Below, one piece after another: positions 1-11,839 of a DNA stretch of 64,000 nt. How positions within the stretch are numbered: position 1 is the first letter of the stretch; each line of letters begins with the position of its first letter. The stretch is from Camelus dromedarius (taxonomy: Eukaryota): assembly GCF_036321535.1 (NCBI RefSeq), contig NC_087437.1, positions 53,570,001 to 53,634,000 of the forward strand, in the 5' to 3' direction. Both the position numbers and the translations under genes were made by a program. The notes under the pieces are model-generated. The model had not been told where the DNA came from. It did not search any database and saw only the letters and a list, made by a program, of their open reading frames with translations.

Positions 1-374
1 AGCCTAAGCAGGAGGGGAAGAAAGTGTCTGCCAGGGAGCTACTCCTGAGCCGCTTGCGGCAGAACAAAGCATTGTTTTCATTGATTTTGTTTAATTAAAT
101 TTTTAAAACGAGAGTGCCTCAGAAGTAGCTACTTATTTTTGTATTTGGCAGAGGAAAAGTTGGAAAATCAAGAAAACACTTTGAGTCTTGTGTTTCCCCA
201 AAGTCAACGTGCTGTTTCACCCTCTCCCTCTTATCTCCTAGTTACACTTGTTTCTTTTCTTAACGGTTTCCAGGGTGTTTTGTTTTTGTGATAATTACAC
301 TTGGCGCTTGGGTATAGTTCTCATCAGGATGCTAGTCCTGTAAGGAATTTCCGAAATCATCTGGCCAGATCCTT

Positions 375-445
375 TGATTTTCTGAGTGGAAAAAACTGAA
401 GCTCAAAAAGAAATTACTTGCTTAAGGACACACAGCCAGGTGACT
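375..445 (-). mobile_element. MIR SINE core fragment
   Basis: gaaaaaactgaagctcaaaaagaaattacttgcttaaggacacacagccag resembles the reverse complement of the MIR core. Confidence 0.6.
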
Positions 446-1794
446 GCTTTCAGTGCCTCTCTTTTCATGAAAGGGAAACTGTTGCATCAAAAGAGTTTTT
501 GTCTTTTGTCGGTACCCCAGAGTAAAGTCAAAGTTATGATGGTTGTTATAACAACGCCCTTTAAGTCAGGGAATGAATTCCTTAAGGATTTAAATAAGTT
601 TTGGTTACTAAACAAATCTGTGGATCCCAGTGGTAGATATAGTGAGGAATATTATTGTTATTGGGGGTGGGTTTTCCCTCCTGCCCAGTCTCTGCCCACG
701 ATGTTCTGGTGGAGTGGGAGCTGCTCGAGCTTTAGAGGCAAAGGAGCATGTTTGGTTGACTCTCCTCTCTCCTATGTTCCATGAGAGCCAGCAGGCTGCA
801 TCCACACTGACATAAGGGGAGGAACCTGTAAGCATCTCCTGGGGTTGAGATGGGTATTAAGTCACATGACACAGGCTTCTGCCTGTTTGGACCTCTTGAC
901 AGGGTTGGGTGCTCACCAGGTTTTTAGTGGTAGAGAATGATGGCGGGAGAATAACCCCATAGGGGAAGCCCTGTGCTCAAATGCAGAGACCCATCCTCGT
1001 CACAAAGAGGTGTGAATGTCTGCCTGACTGGAAAGGGGAGGTCTTTGGTTGTTGTGAAGTGTGTGTGACTCCAAGGAAAATAAATCTAGTAAAAAATAAA
1101 TAAAAAACAAACCCAGAAATTTCACATCCAGGCGAGTGCAGTCTGAAGTCATTCATTCTGCAGTTACTGACAAATGTGCAGGTGGGGGTGCAGTGGGGGG
1201 TGGTTTCTGTGCTCAGCCTAGAGTTACACAGAATCAGACTCACTCTTTGCCCCACTACCCATGCTGAGAACAAGCACATTTGGACCTCCCCTCAGAAACT
1301 GCCCTCAGGAGCTCACAGAAAACAGATTTAATTTATCTCAATATTGACCTCTGGGGGCACAGGGTTGTCCCTTCAGGAGACAAATCAAGAGCAGGTTGTA
1401 AAAGAGAGAGTGAAAGAGGGAAGGCCACAAGGAGAATGTGGAGCTCTACAAATGGGAGTACGTGGTTGCATTAAAAAAAAAGACAGGAGCAATTCACTGC
1501 TGAAATTCACAGTAATCCTCTGGAACATTAGGGTCTTGAGAATTTGCTTAGACTTGGTATCAGTGATTTATTCAATTAGGACTGAATTGGGGAAAAATAC
1601 ATTTTTCTTGTGTGTCTGCATGTATACTGAATATAGTCTGACTCCAACAAATGTACTTTTTAGAGTTTTATATGTAATAGTAACATGGTAAGCAATGCAG
1701 TGTCATCACATTGAAATACTGGGGTGATTTTTCTAAGTCAACACTAGAAAGGTCAGATTAACCTTTTTTTTATTTTTATTTTTATTATTTTTTT

Positions 1795-2306
1795 TACTAA
1801 TAGACTTTTTTTTTTTTTGGAGCAGTTTCAGTTTCGCAGCAGAATTGAGCAGAAAATACAGAGAGTTCGCACATAGTCCTCCCCACCCACACATACATAC
1901 TCCCCTGCCTTCAACATCCCTCATCAGTGTGGCATATTTCGTACAATCGATGAATCAACATGGACACGTTATTATCAACCAAAGTCCACAGTTTACATTA
2001 GGGTTCACTCTTGATGTTGTACATTCTATGGGTTTTGACAAATGCATAATGACATGTAGCCACCACTACAGAATAATTTACATTGCCCTAAAAATCCCTT
2101 GTGCTCCATCTGTTCATTCCTCCCTCCCTCCTTCCCTCTCCCCAAACCGCTGGAAACCACAATCTTTTTATCGTCTCTGTAGCTGTGCCTTTTCCAGAAT
2201 GTCATTTGGTTGGAATTGTACAGTTTGTTGCCTTTTCAGACTGGCTTCTTTGATTTAGTAATATGTCTTTTAAGTTTCTTCCATGCCTTTCATGGCTTGA
2301 TAGCTC
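1795..2306 (-). mobile_element. Old L1 (L1MB-like) 3' UTR fragment
   Basis: T-rich tail followed by agcagtttcagtttcgcagcagaattgagcagaaaatacagagagttc...gttgtacattctatgggttttgacaaatgcataatgacatgt...ccagaatgtcat, typical of an antisense L1MB 3' end. Confidence 0.85.
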
Positions 2307-2429
2307 TTTTTTTTTTTTATGTATTTTTAAATTACATATACGTACTGTTCGTTGTTTCTAAGAACATTTAGAGCTTCAGCTTTTAAACTTACATAGTTAT
2401 CAAACAAATAAAGCCAACCACAAAATAAG

Positions 2430-2597
2430 AATTAATTCAAAAAGATATATACACTCTGCTATTAACAGCAACATTATTTATAATTGCCAAGATATGGAAG
2501 CATCCTAAGTGCACATCAATAGTTGAATAGATAATGAAGATGCAGCATACATATATGCAATGGCATAAGAAAGAAGGAGATTTTGCCATTTGCAGCC
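2430..2597 (+). mobile_element. L1 ORF2 extreme 3' fragment
   Basis: aattcaaaaagatatatacac...acattatttataattgccaagatatggaagcatcctaagtgcacatcaatagttgaatagataatgaagatg...gccatttgcagc matches the L1 ORF2 C-terminal coding region. Confidence 0.8.
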
Positions 2598-2654
2598 TTT
2601 AATTCACTTTTTTTTTCACTTCAAAAACCAGAATTTTATAACTGGCATGAACAT

Positions 2655-2933
2655 TTCCATTACATCAAAAACAACAAAATACCTAGAAATAAACCTAACC
2701 AAGGAAGTTACCTATACTCCGAAAACTGAAATGACACAAAGAAATGGAAGGATTTCTTGTGCTCTTGGATTGGAAGAATCAACACTATCAGAATGGCCAT
2801 GCTACCCAAAGCAATCCACAGATCCAGCGCAACCCCCGTCAAAATACTCACGACATTCCTCACAGAACTAGAACAAACAATTCCAAAATTTATAAGGAAC
2901 CACAAAAGACCCTGGACAGCCAAAGCAATCTTT
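2655..2933 (+). mobile_element. L1 ORF2 fragment (end of RT domain and downstream)
   Basis: Translations KYLEINLTKEV and CSWIGRINTIRMAMLPKAIHRSSATPVKILTTFLTELEQTIPKFIRNHKRPWTAKAI are L1 ORF2p motifs; frameshifted. Confidence 0.92.
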
Positions 2934-2935
2934 TA

Positions 2936-4735
2936 TAGGTCTTTTTTTTTTTTTTCCTCTTTCTTCTTTTTGTTCTCTTTTCTTATGATTTAATGACTAG
3001 AGAAGTTCTTTAACATTTGTTATAAAGCTGATTTGGTGGTGCTGAATTCTTTTAGATTTTGTTTATCTGTGGAGCTTTTGATTTCTCCATCAAGTCTGAA
3101 TGAGAGCCTTGCTGGATAGAGTATTCTTGGTTATAAGTTTCCTCCTTTCATTACTTTAAATCTATCGTGCCACTTTCTTCTGGCCTGTAGAGTTTCTGCT
3201 GAAAAATCAGCTGATAACTTTATGGGAGTTCCCTTGTATGTTATTTGTTGCTTTTCTCTTGCTAATTTTAATATTTTCTCCTTATCCTTAATTTTTGTCA
3301 ATTTGATGACTACGTGCCTTGGTGTGTTCCTCTTTGGGTTGATTCTGTGTGGTACTCTCTGTGTTTCCTGGATTTGGGTGACTGTTTCCTTCCGCAAGTT
3401 GGGGAAGTTTTCAGTAATTAACTCTCCAAAAAATTTTTCAGGTCCTTTCTCTCTCTCTTCTTTTTCTGGGACCCCTATAATGTGAATATTAGTACACTTC
3501 TTGTTGTCACAGAGTTCTCTTAAACTATCCTCATTTCTTTTCATTCTTTTTTCTTTTTTCTGTTCTGCAGTAGTGATTTCCACTAATCTGTCTTTTAGTT
3601 CATTGATCCATTCTTCTGCCTCATTTAGTCTATTTATATTTTCCAACTCTTTGCTAAAAACTTCACTCTGTGCATCTGTACTCCTCTTGAGTTCTCTGAA
3701 CATCTTTGCCATCATTACTTTAAACTTTTTCTCAGATAAATTGCCTATCTCCTCATCAGTTACGTCTTCTGGGATTTTATCTTGTGCCTTGGCCTGGGAG
3801 ATACTCCTCTGCCACCTCATATTGTCTATCTTTCTGTGTGTTTGTGGATTCCTTCCACAGGCTTTGGGATTGTTTCTTATTTCTAGTATCAGCCCCGATG
3901 GATGAGGCTGGATTAGAGGCTTATGCAGGTTTCCTGGCAGGAGAAGCCAGTGCCTGCCCACTGCTGGGTGAAGCTTGGTCCTGGACCAAGGGGTAGGTGG
4001 GTAGGGCTGTGTCTAGAGGCCTTTGCGGCTTAGGAAGTCCGCTGATGGGTGTGGCTGTGTTCCCACCTGTATGTTGTTTGGCCTGAGGCTTCCCTACAGG
4101 CTGTTGGGTGGGGCTGGGTCTTGGTGCTAATGATCCAATCAAGATGTCAGCCTCCAGGAAAGCTCATATAGATGAACACTCCCGGAAAGTCCGTCACCAG
4201 CTTTTGTGTCCCCTGGTGAGCCGCAGCCATCCCCCAGGTCCCCAGGAGACCCTCCAAATCCAGCAGGCAGGTCTGGCCCAGGTTCCTATGAAATCACTGC
4301 CTCTGCCCTTGGACCTGGTGCATCTGTGTTTCCATGTATGCTTCCCAAGTGAGCGGAGTCTCCATTTCCCCCAGTCCCGTGGGGCTCCTGGAGCCAAGCA
4401 CCCCCGGCCTTCAAAACCAGATGTCCTGGGGTCTCCTCTTCCCAGTGCTGGGACCCGAGCTGGGGAGCCTGACGTGGGGCTTAGAGCTCTCACTTCTGGG
4501 AGAGCCTCTGCAACTTAACAAATCTTCAGCTGGGGTATGGGGCCCAATTATATTGCGAGCACGCCCCTCCTATGGTCCTGCTGTGGTTCCCTCTCTATGT
4601 TTCCAGTTGCAGAAGCTCTTTTTTGCTAGGTTCTAGTCTTTTTTTAAAGTGATTGTTTGGCATTCATTTGTGGGTTTGTTGTAGTCACGTGGAGAGGCAA
4701 GCTCGTGGTCCTACCACTCTACCATCTTGACTGGA
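2936..4735 (-). mobile_element. L1 5' portion (5' UTR + ORF1 + inter-ORF A-rich segment), cetartiodactyl-type
   Basis: Minus-strand CAAGATGG (YY1-type L1 start motif) at 4722-4729, GC-rich 5' UTR ~3830-4735, ORF1 homology 2997-3820. Confidence 0.92.
2997..3820 (-). pseudogene. Decayed L1 ORF1p coding sequence
   Basis: ATG at 3820 (MRWQRSISQAKAQDK); NIHIIGVPEKEEREKGPE, RVPHRINPKRNTPRHVVIKL and KGTPIKLSADFSAETLQARRKW motifs; premature TAA at 3131-3133, then homology continues (PRILYPARLSFRLDGEIK) with a second TAA and a frameshift near the end. Confidence 0.93.
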
Positions 4736-5804
4736 AAATCCTAAGCCTTTAGAATCAATTTGGTGACTTAAATTTTATTTATCATTGTGATTATAAAAAT
4801 ACAGCATGCCCATTGAGGACAATTTGGAAAGTAAAAAAAAGTATAGAGAAATAGAAAAAAATTCCATTATTCAAAGGCACCACTGTTAACATTTGGCAAC
4901 TTTCCTTCTTGACTTTTTTTTTAAGTCGATTTGTTTTCTCTAAATGGTAGAGAACATACTGTGTTTGCAGCAACTCTTGGCTTTCTTGCTTAACCTTGTC
5001 ATATACACATATCACAGTTTACATTCACATTAAGCTGTGCCTTTTCATTCATCACGATATCAGCATCTCCAAGGTCACGTGATCCCGTGGGATCTGATCA
5101 CTCCAGTGATTGTTTCAGTGAAGGCCTGCAGAGAAAGGTGCCTCCAGCTTCCCTTCCCTGCCTCATGTATCCATATGCCAGCCTTTTTTTTTTTTTTTTT
5201 AATTTTTATTTTTCATGTTAGAAGAAGCCTAAAGCCTAATGGGGAGAGAAGGGCCCTGCCTGGGGCCTTAGGTCCTAGTCCTGCCCCTGTGACTTCCAAC
5301 AATTTACTTTCAACATTCTGGTTTTTAGTTTACATATGTGTTAAAATAAGCAACTTCAGGGTCATTTACTAATTCATTCCTCACGTACTCAAGTGCCCGC
5401 TCTAAACCAAAGCTGTATAAGAAGAGCTCAGCTTTTCAGAAGCTCATAGTTCAGTGGAGGAGAGAGGGTAACAAGAGACTAGTGCAGGGTGTTGTGGGAA
5501 CTTGGCAGGGAAGTGGAGGGGGGCCCGAACTGGAGCAGTGGGGAAGGCTTCCTGGACGAGGGTCACTGTGGGCTAGTCAAACCACTTCTACTTTTCCCCT
5601 ATTTTAATTGACACCATGATTAACAATGTTTGTGAATAAATCTCTTTCCATATTCCAGATAATTCCCATAAGATAACAATCCTAAAGTTGGAATTACTGG
5701 TTCATACTGTAAAGGATATAATCTTTTTAAAACCTTTGTAGATTTAGGCCCAATGTGAAGTCTTAAAGTACCTAGTATTATGTATTGAGGGAACAGCAGA
5801 AATT

Positions 5805-6027
5805 AAAAGCACAAGTCAAATTCAGGATTTGAATGCTTGTTCACCAATTATTGCCAGTATAGACTTGGACAAGCTACTTAAGCTCATGGAGCTTCAATTT
5901 CCTTCTCTGTAAAATGGGCGTAACAGCCCTTACTTCACTGGACCATGGTAAGGATTAAATGAAGTCATAGGTAAAGGGTCCAGTACAGAGCCAGATACAC
6001 AGGAAACATTCTGTGAGTGATAGCTCT
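5805..6027 (+). mobile_element. MIR SINE, near full length
   Basis: gacttggacaagctacttaagctcatggagcttcaatttccttctctgtaaaatggg...aggattaaatga. Confidence 0.8.
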
Positions 6028-6169
6028 TATAATTGGGATTTTCACAAGCTGCAGTAACTTTGAATCCTAATATTTTTTCTTACCATGAGAGCAGGCAGGA
6101 AGTTAATTAAAATGGCACCTCTTACCAGGTGACAAATGGAGAGAGAAATGATCACTTGCACTGATGCGT

Positions 6170-6370
6170 TATTAAAGTCTTAAATTGTGGAAAATTTCAA
6201 ACACACAAAAGTAGAAAAAATGGTGTAAATACCCTCTTCCCCCCATTTACAATCACTTACCTTCAACAGTTATCAGAACTCATAGCTGATCTATAACCCC
6301 ACACTTCACCCCACATGACTTCGAAGTATATCCCAGACATCTTTTCAGCACAGCCCTAAATATTTCACTG
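6170..6370 (-). mobile_element. Old L1 (L1MC-like) 3' end fragment
   Basis: attgtggaaaatttcaaacacacaaaagtagaaaaaatggtgtaa...cttcaacagttatca...cccagacatc. Confidence 0.65.
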
Positions 6371-6499
6371 AATCGCTTGATGCATATTTGAGGCGTTGAG
6401 TCGTGCTGTTCTTGGAGCCTGTCTGCTGTCACTGTTATGGAACCGTGTGTGCATTTGTGTGAGATTGAGAGAGAACCAGCTTTATCCCATGTCCTGAAG

Positions 6500-6675
6500 A
6501 AATGGGTAAAAGCAGCACTGAATTTGGAGTCAAGAGACCTGATTTTGCATGAGAGCCCCGCCCTTTACCAGTTGTATACTTTTGGCAAGTGACTTCTAGA
6601 GTTCTTTGAACACATTTATAAAAATTTGGTGAGTAGTGAATGAGGTAATCTGTGTGACAGCCCAAGCATCTCAGC
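6500..6675 (+). mobile_element. MIR SINE fragment
   Basis: agcactgaatttggagtcaagagacctga...tttggcaagtgactt. Confidence 0.65.
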
Positions 6676-7748
6676 GTTAGTTGGATCTGAATCAGACTTG
6701 AACCCAGCCTTCCCTCCCTGCGAGGCAGAGTGTCCATTTGGAATGAAGGTCAGCGGAATGAAGGTCAGAGACTGAAGGCCTGACCGGACCAGGATGCATT
6801 CAAGTCGTGTTGCCGCCTGTCTCATTCGAAGATGTGGTCATTGCTTAGATGAGCACCGGGCACCCAGGATACCCCATGCTTGTGAATCTCTCCCATTCTC
6901 TTTCACTTAACCACTTCCCTCTGATTCACGGGTGAGGGCAAGGAAACCCAGAGAAGGGAGGGCCCTGCCAGCCGCGCCTGAGAAACAGACCTTCTCTGAT
7001 GCCTCTTTCCTCCAAGGGAAGACACGGGCTCCCCTTTGCCCTCCAGTTTTGATGAGTCTTGGTCTACTCACTTGCTGTTGCACTGAGAAGGAATTTTTGA
7101 CTCAACTAAAAGGCAAAAATTGATTTGATTTAATAATTAAATTTAAGTCCTCTCTTTAATCCACTGGGACTCCCATTATGTCTGGGCCTGCACTGTGACT
7201 TGTGGTCTCCAGCTGTGTGGCCTTGGGCAAGACACATGCCACCCTGGGCGTGCCACCGCAGGGACTCAACTCGCAGCTCCAGGCCTCTTCCAGCTCTGAG
7301 ATCATCAGATGGGGAAAAAGTGTAAGAGGGGGGAACTATACATTAGGTTAGGGGGCTTCTTCACACAAATAATAAATGTAATCTGTTTTCTTTTCCAATG
7401 TTCAAATAGGGGAAAAAATTAGCCCCACATCGTTTGTCTTTTCCCCCAGTCACTTCTCTGCAGAGTGACTGCTGTTTGCAGTTTGTTGTGGGTCCTTCAG
7501 CCCCTTTTGGATGCATTTACATATGTATTCATGGTTACATGCAGATGCATTTTAAAAACCCAGCAAATGGGTTACAGTATAACTGCATCTTTGCAAACTT
7601 GTCCTTTTCACTTTACTATATGCACTGGATGTCTTTCCATATCAGTATATACAGATGATTTTTGCATAGTCACATCCTGTATCATGGATGTGTTTACTTA
7701 AGCAGCCTTCTGTTGATGGATATTTATTTATTTCCATTAAAAAATATA

Positions 7749-7872
7749 TTTTTTGAGGGGGGGAGGTAATTAGGTTATTTATTTATTTATTTATTTAATG
7801 GAGGTTCTGGGGATTGAACCCAGGACCTCATGCATGCTAAGCATGCACTCTACCACTGAGCTATACCCTCCC
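7749..7872 (-). mobile_element. Vic-1-like tRNA-Ala-derived SINE (long form)
   Basis: Reverse complement GGGAGGGTATAGCTCAGTGGTAGAGTGCATGCTTAGCATGCATGAGGTCCTGGGTTCAATCCCCAGAACCTCCA, then (AAAT)n, CCTAATTACCTCCCCCCC and an A tail; Pol III A and B boxes. Confidence 0.92.
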
Positions 7873-8544
7873 TCACCATAAATATATATTTCTAAGTGTA
7901 TTTTGATCTTGGACCTGTGAAATGATGGTTGCAAATGTCCTGGTTAAATGAAGTCAGTCCATCAAGCTCTGGAAAGGGTGGTGAGAAAATGGATGCAGAG
8001 ACACTGAGAACCACACCCCAGAAAGCTGGAATGCAGGGCTCCCAGGAAGCTACTAAGAGGCACACTGGATGGAAGATTATTTTTGGAGAGAGCCTGCCTG
8101 GTTGGGGGCCCTAGGCTGCATGTGCAAGAAATTGAGCTGTGTCATCACCTTCTCCTCCTCCTTGCACTGTCCCTGGCTCTTCCTAATTTGTTTCTCTTCC
8201 CAGGTCAGTGGGATCTGGTGGGAGGACTGGAACTTGAGTGATGGGGAGGGAGGAGAGAGACGTGAAGAAGAGGAGGAATTGACGGCAGGCTCTGGAGGAG
8301 GCAATGTGCCAGCTCTCCTCTGTCTGGCTGTGCTGTGTTTCCCTGGGTCCTACAGATCATGATACAAGGAAGCACACCCCAAATGGGGCTGCTTGGAAGA
8401 CAGAGGGTTAGGACACCACCGAGGAGGTGGAATAAATGGAAACTGGGGCGTTCCAGCCTGCAGGAATGAAACAAGAGGCACTTTTTTTCCTGTGGGAGAA
8501 TGATTAGAGTTACACCGAGTGGCATTTGGGAAGGGGAAAACCAA

Positions 8545-8760
8545 TACAGAGCTGTAGAATGGCAGATAAGGAAGAACTTACTCAGCAGAACTGCCCAGCC
8601 GTGGAGCAGGCTAGGTCACAAGGCAGTGAACTCCCGGCCATGGTGTATGTAAGCAAAAGTCCCAAGTGAGCTTTTTTGCCGTCAGAGGATTTCTGCTCTG
8701 CAGAGAGGTTGGCCTAAATGCCTGGTAAGGCCCCCTCCAACTCTGAGAGTCTATGACTGT
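8545..8760 (+). mobile_element. L3/CR1-type (or MIR3) 3' end fragment
   Basis: ataaggaagaactt...aggcagtgaactccc...aggccccctccaactctgagagtctatgact resembles the CR1/L3 3' tail. Confidence 0.6.
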
Positions 8761-10209
8761 CGGGCCAGAAGCAGAAAGCTGCAAAGTGGGACTGAGGGTG
8801 TGGGACAAGTTATGGATGACACGACTGGGGCTGTTTTCACCTGCCCTAAAGAGGTGGACTAAAATGGAGGCCTTCAAAGGAGGCTTAGACCATTGTTTCC
8901 CTGGGATCTTGGCAACCCTCCTCCTGCTCTGTCCTTGGCTACAGCTCTGCTTGACTTTATATTCATAAATTATTTCCACAGGAATAAATATATCACATAC
9001 ACTTTAGATGACCAGGAAATCTGGCAACCAGAAAAGAACTACATGTCCCAGGAGGATGATTGTACATTTTTTTTTATTATAGTCTTTCTAAATTTGCATC
9101 CGTCTCCTGGTTTCCCTAGCACAGGCCTGAGACGTCACTCAGCTTTAATTTTAGGAGCACTCTATCCTTTGCAGCCTCTCAAAGGTCCTCTGAGCTGGAG
9201 TTGACAGCACCCACCATGTTTAATGCTTGTCTCTTTCTTTCCTGTGGATGAGAAAGGATCTCTTGGACTTAAGTCTTGGCCAAGTCTTAGTGAGGGAAAC
9301 ATGGCAAGTTTGCCCTCTTCTGGGCTTTGGCTGTGCTCCTGGCCCTGATGAGACAATACATGTGTTCTCTTATTCAGTCCTCGTGGCCTTGGTGTCTTGG
9401 TGTCATCAGTTCCATTTTGCAGATGAGAAAGCTGAGCTTCAGAGATGGGTAGAGAACCACCCGAAGATTCCCTGCTGCCAAGTAGTGATGCTGGCGTTGG
9501 GTGTAGCTCTTGCCCTACATCATTATGTTACAGATTTTTCCACTGCTAATCATTCCCTGTCCTTTGGGGCTGAGAAGTGCTTCATCCTTGCATTTTACTG
9601 GGGTCTTGGCTGAATTTCTCCCTATGGGACTGATGAAAGCTTTCTATCATTCCCCTAGGAACATGTGAATGAAAGAACTCATGGGACAGCCACGCCTGAA
9701 TAGCTTGACATTTGGATCCAGCACACATTTGCTTCTTCCCTTTTTTGGTAAGAGTTGTTTTCATCAAGCCTGGTTTGCCTTTTTTTTTTTTTTTTTCCTG
9801 ACTTTTAAAGCTATGATATCCACCTGACTCATTATCTGGTTATGAGTGGAATAAACACACTGGTAGTGAGCATGACCACAGACTGATGGGTGCCATTGCT
9901 CGGCCACCTCAAATGCCTTTAGCTGGCAAATGGAACTCAGTATTGGCATTGTTCAGGGCTTATCTTGCAGCTGTGCTTTTAGGCACTTGAATTTCTTCTT
10001 TTGTGAAATGTGTTCAGCATGTGTTTGTTCACCAAATATTCACTGAGTGCCTATCGTGTGCTCAGCTTTGGGAATTATCTACCTAAAGAACACACATTGT
10101 AGATATAGACACGTGTATTCGGTGTAACTAGCAGAGCCTTGGAAGTTAGAGACATACAAATTTTCTGTATCACCCTCTTCCTCTTTTCTCAGAGTCCTTG
10201 CTTTGTCCA

Positions 10210-10610
10210 TTTATTCATTCAACAAACATTTGGTGCCTGCTGTAGCCCATGCACAATGCTCATTTTTAGAACATAGACCCCAATATTCCCACAGCTCTCT
10301 TCCTTTAAGAGCTTAGTTGGAGGTGGACATGCGGATATTAATAATATTGTGTGATGAATATTATGATTTGGGTGTGCACCGAGGTTGGGAAGAATGTACG
10401 CGTCTGGGAGGGCTTTCTGGAGGAGGTGATGCTTAAGTTGGGTCTTAGAGGGTAGGAGCTGTTAGCCTCTGGGAGAAGGGCATGCGAAGGAGAAGGGGTT
10501 GCAAGAGTGGAGGTGTGGGGTGAAAAATGGCTCTTTGCATAGGTAGGGGAACTGCATGGCAGGTTGACATTCCTGGAGGGGAACACATAAGGCAGGAAGT
10601 GATGGAAGAT
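10210..10610 (-). mobile_element. L2 3' fragment
   Basis: ttattcattcaacaaacattt (reverse L2 tail)...gggagggctttctggaggaggtgatgcttaagttgggtctt. Confidence 0.7.
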
Positions 10611-10639
10611 GAAACTGGAACCATTACTTGCATCACCAA

Positions 10640-10790
10640 ATGTAATTCTCATAACCTCTCTATGGTAGCACTACTATTATCACCCCCATTTAATAGAAGA
10701 GGAAACAAAGGCTGAAGGAAGTTCAGTGACTTGTTCAAAATCAGACAGCAAGGAAGTTAAGTGCTTGAACATGAATGTAGGCCCGCTCAG
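10640..10790 (-). mobile_element. MIR SINE fragment
   Basis: tattatcacccccatttaatagaagaggaaacaaaggctgaaggaagttcagtgacttgttcaaaatcagacagc. Confidence 0.75.
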
Positions 10791-11419
10791 CCCTCACAAC
10801 AGTGACTGCAGGGACAGGTTGAGAAGGTCTCGCTTGCTAAGGTGCTTGTTCACTCTCTATTCATCTTTCAAAGGTTATACTTTTGCTGAATCCTCTTCCT
10901 TCCACCTGTCTCGTTGTGTTCTCCAGCTTACAATTAACTGGGGACAAGTGGGTCTGCTGCTGAAGGCACCTTCTGGGTCTCGGTTCTAGTATTTGTCCTC
11001 CTTCTCATTCAGAGAATCAGTAGCCCAGAAATCTTCAAAGAAAACCTTTATTGTCCCACCAGATGTAACAAGGGAGAAGGAGTAGATACATCTCCTTTCT
11101 CAAAAGTTCCAAGCTCACTCAGTAGCCGAGGTGTGACCTGTGACTCCTTTAGTTCAGAGAACCCCTTTGGGGGCTGGAGAGGGACAGAGTCATGTGGGCT
11201 GGAAGAGTCTGGGGCAGGTAGGCCTTGAGCTGTCTGTCCCTCAGAGGATGAGGAGAATCAGGAAGGTGGAAGGCATGGCACGTGGGTAATAGTATTTGGT
11301 CTCCCTCAGTGATAAATGGGATACCTTTAGCCTGTTCTCCCCATGTCCCAAGATAATTTCTGGGTTGGAGTTGGCTCTTGGGTTGAAGAGGCAGTAGGGG
11401 GATTCGTTCATTAATTCTT

Positions 11420-11695
11420 CAAAATAAAGTTGATTGAAAACTAATCAATTGAGAACTTAGGGACAAAATGATGAAACTACAGAAGGAAATGGAAAGGGCA
11501 ATTAAAGAGCGAAGGAAAAAATTGAGGATACAAACAACATCATTCAAGACAAAGTTAATAAAAGGACAAAGTGGAATCCACTGAAAAGTAAATTACTAAC
11601 AGAGAAGGAAGGCTTGAGGAAAATCACAGTAGATGCTGAGAAAAAAGATAAAGAAATGAATCCGAGAAAATCAGAGATCTGAAGGTTGTAATGAG
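11420..11695 (+). mobile_element. Old L1/HAL1 ORF1-region fragment
   Basis: A-rich, gaaggaaggcttgaggaaaatcacag...gaaaaaagataaagaaatgaa...agagatctgaagg resembles ORF1 coiled-coil coding sequence. Confidence 0.55.
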
Positions 11696-11720
11696 ATGAT
11701 CCCTCAGAAGGGTAATTGGG

Positions 11721-11818
11721 GTTAGCGGTAGAGCTCAGTGGTAGAGTGCGGGCTTAGCATGCAGGAGGACCTGGGTTCAATCCCCAGTACCTCCAATAAC
11801 AACAACAACTACAATTTC
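11721..11818 (+). mobile_element. Vic-1-like SINE (short form) with 16-bp TSD
   Basis: AGCTCAGTGGTAGAG...CTTAGCATGC...GGGTTCAATCCCCAGTACCTCC plus (CAA)n tail; TSD cagaagggtaattggg (11705-11720) / cagaaggataattggg (11819-11834). Confidence 0.92.
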
Positions 11819-11839
11819 CAGAAGGATAATTGGGCTATC

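Noticed and set aside
3131..3961. 276-aa ORF as a functional or domesticated ORF1-type gene
   Set aside because: It has premature stops, a frameshift in the C-terminal domain and an apparent internal deletion, and it sits in a rearranged L1; this is a decayed retrotransposon.
7799..7872. Near-intact tRNA-Ala(AGC)-like sequence (also at 11721, 23076 and 42300)
   Set aside because: It is followed by the SINE-specific A-rich tail, recurs as ten diverged copies with TSDs and has stem mismatches; these are SINE heads, not tRNA genes.
8184..8410. Good branch point and acceptor (ctaat...ttcccag| at 8203) followed by a purine-rich stretch
   Set aside because: No convincing donor at exon-like distance; isolated acceptor-like sequences are common.
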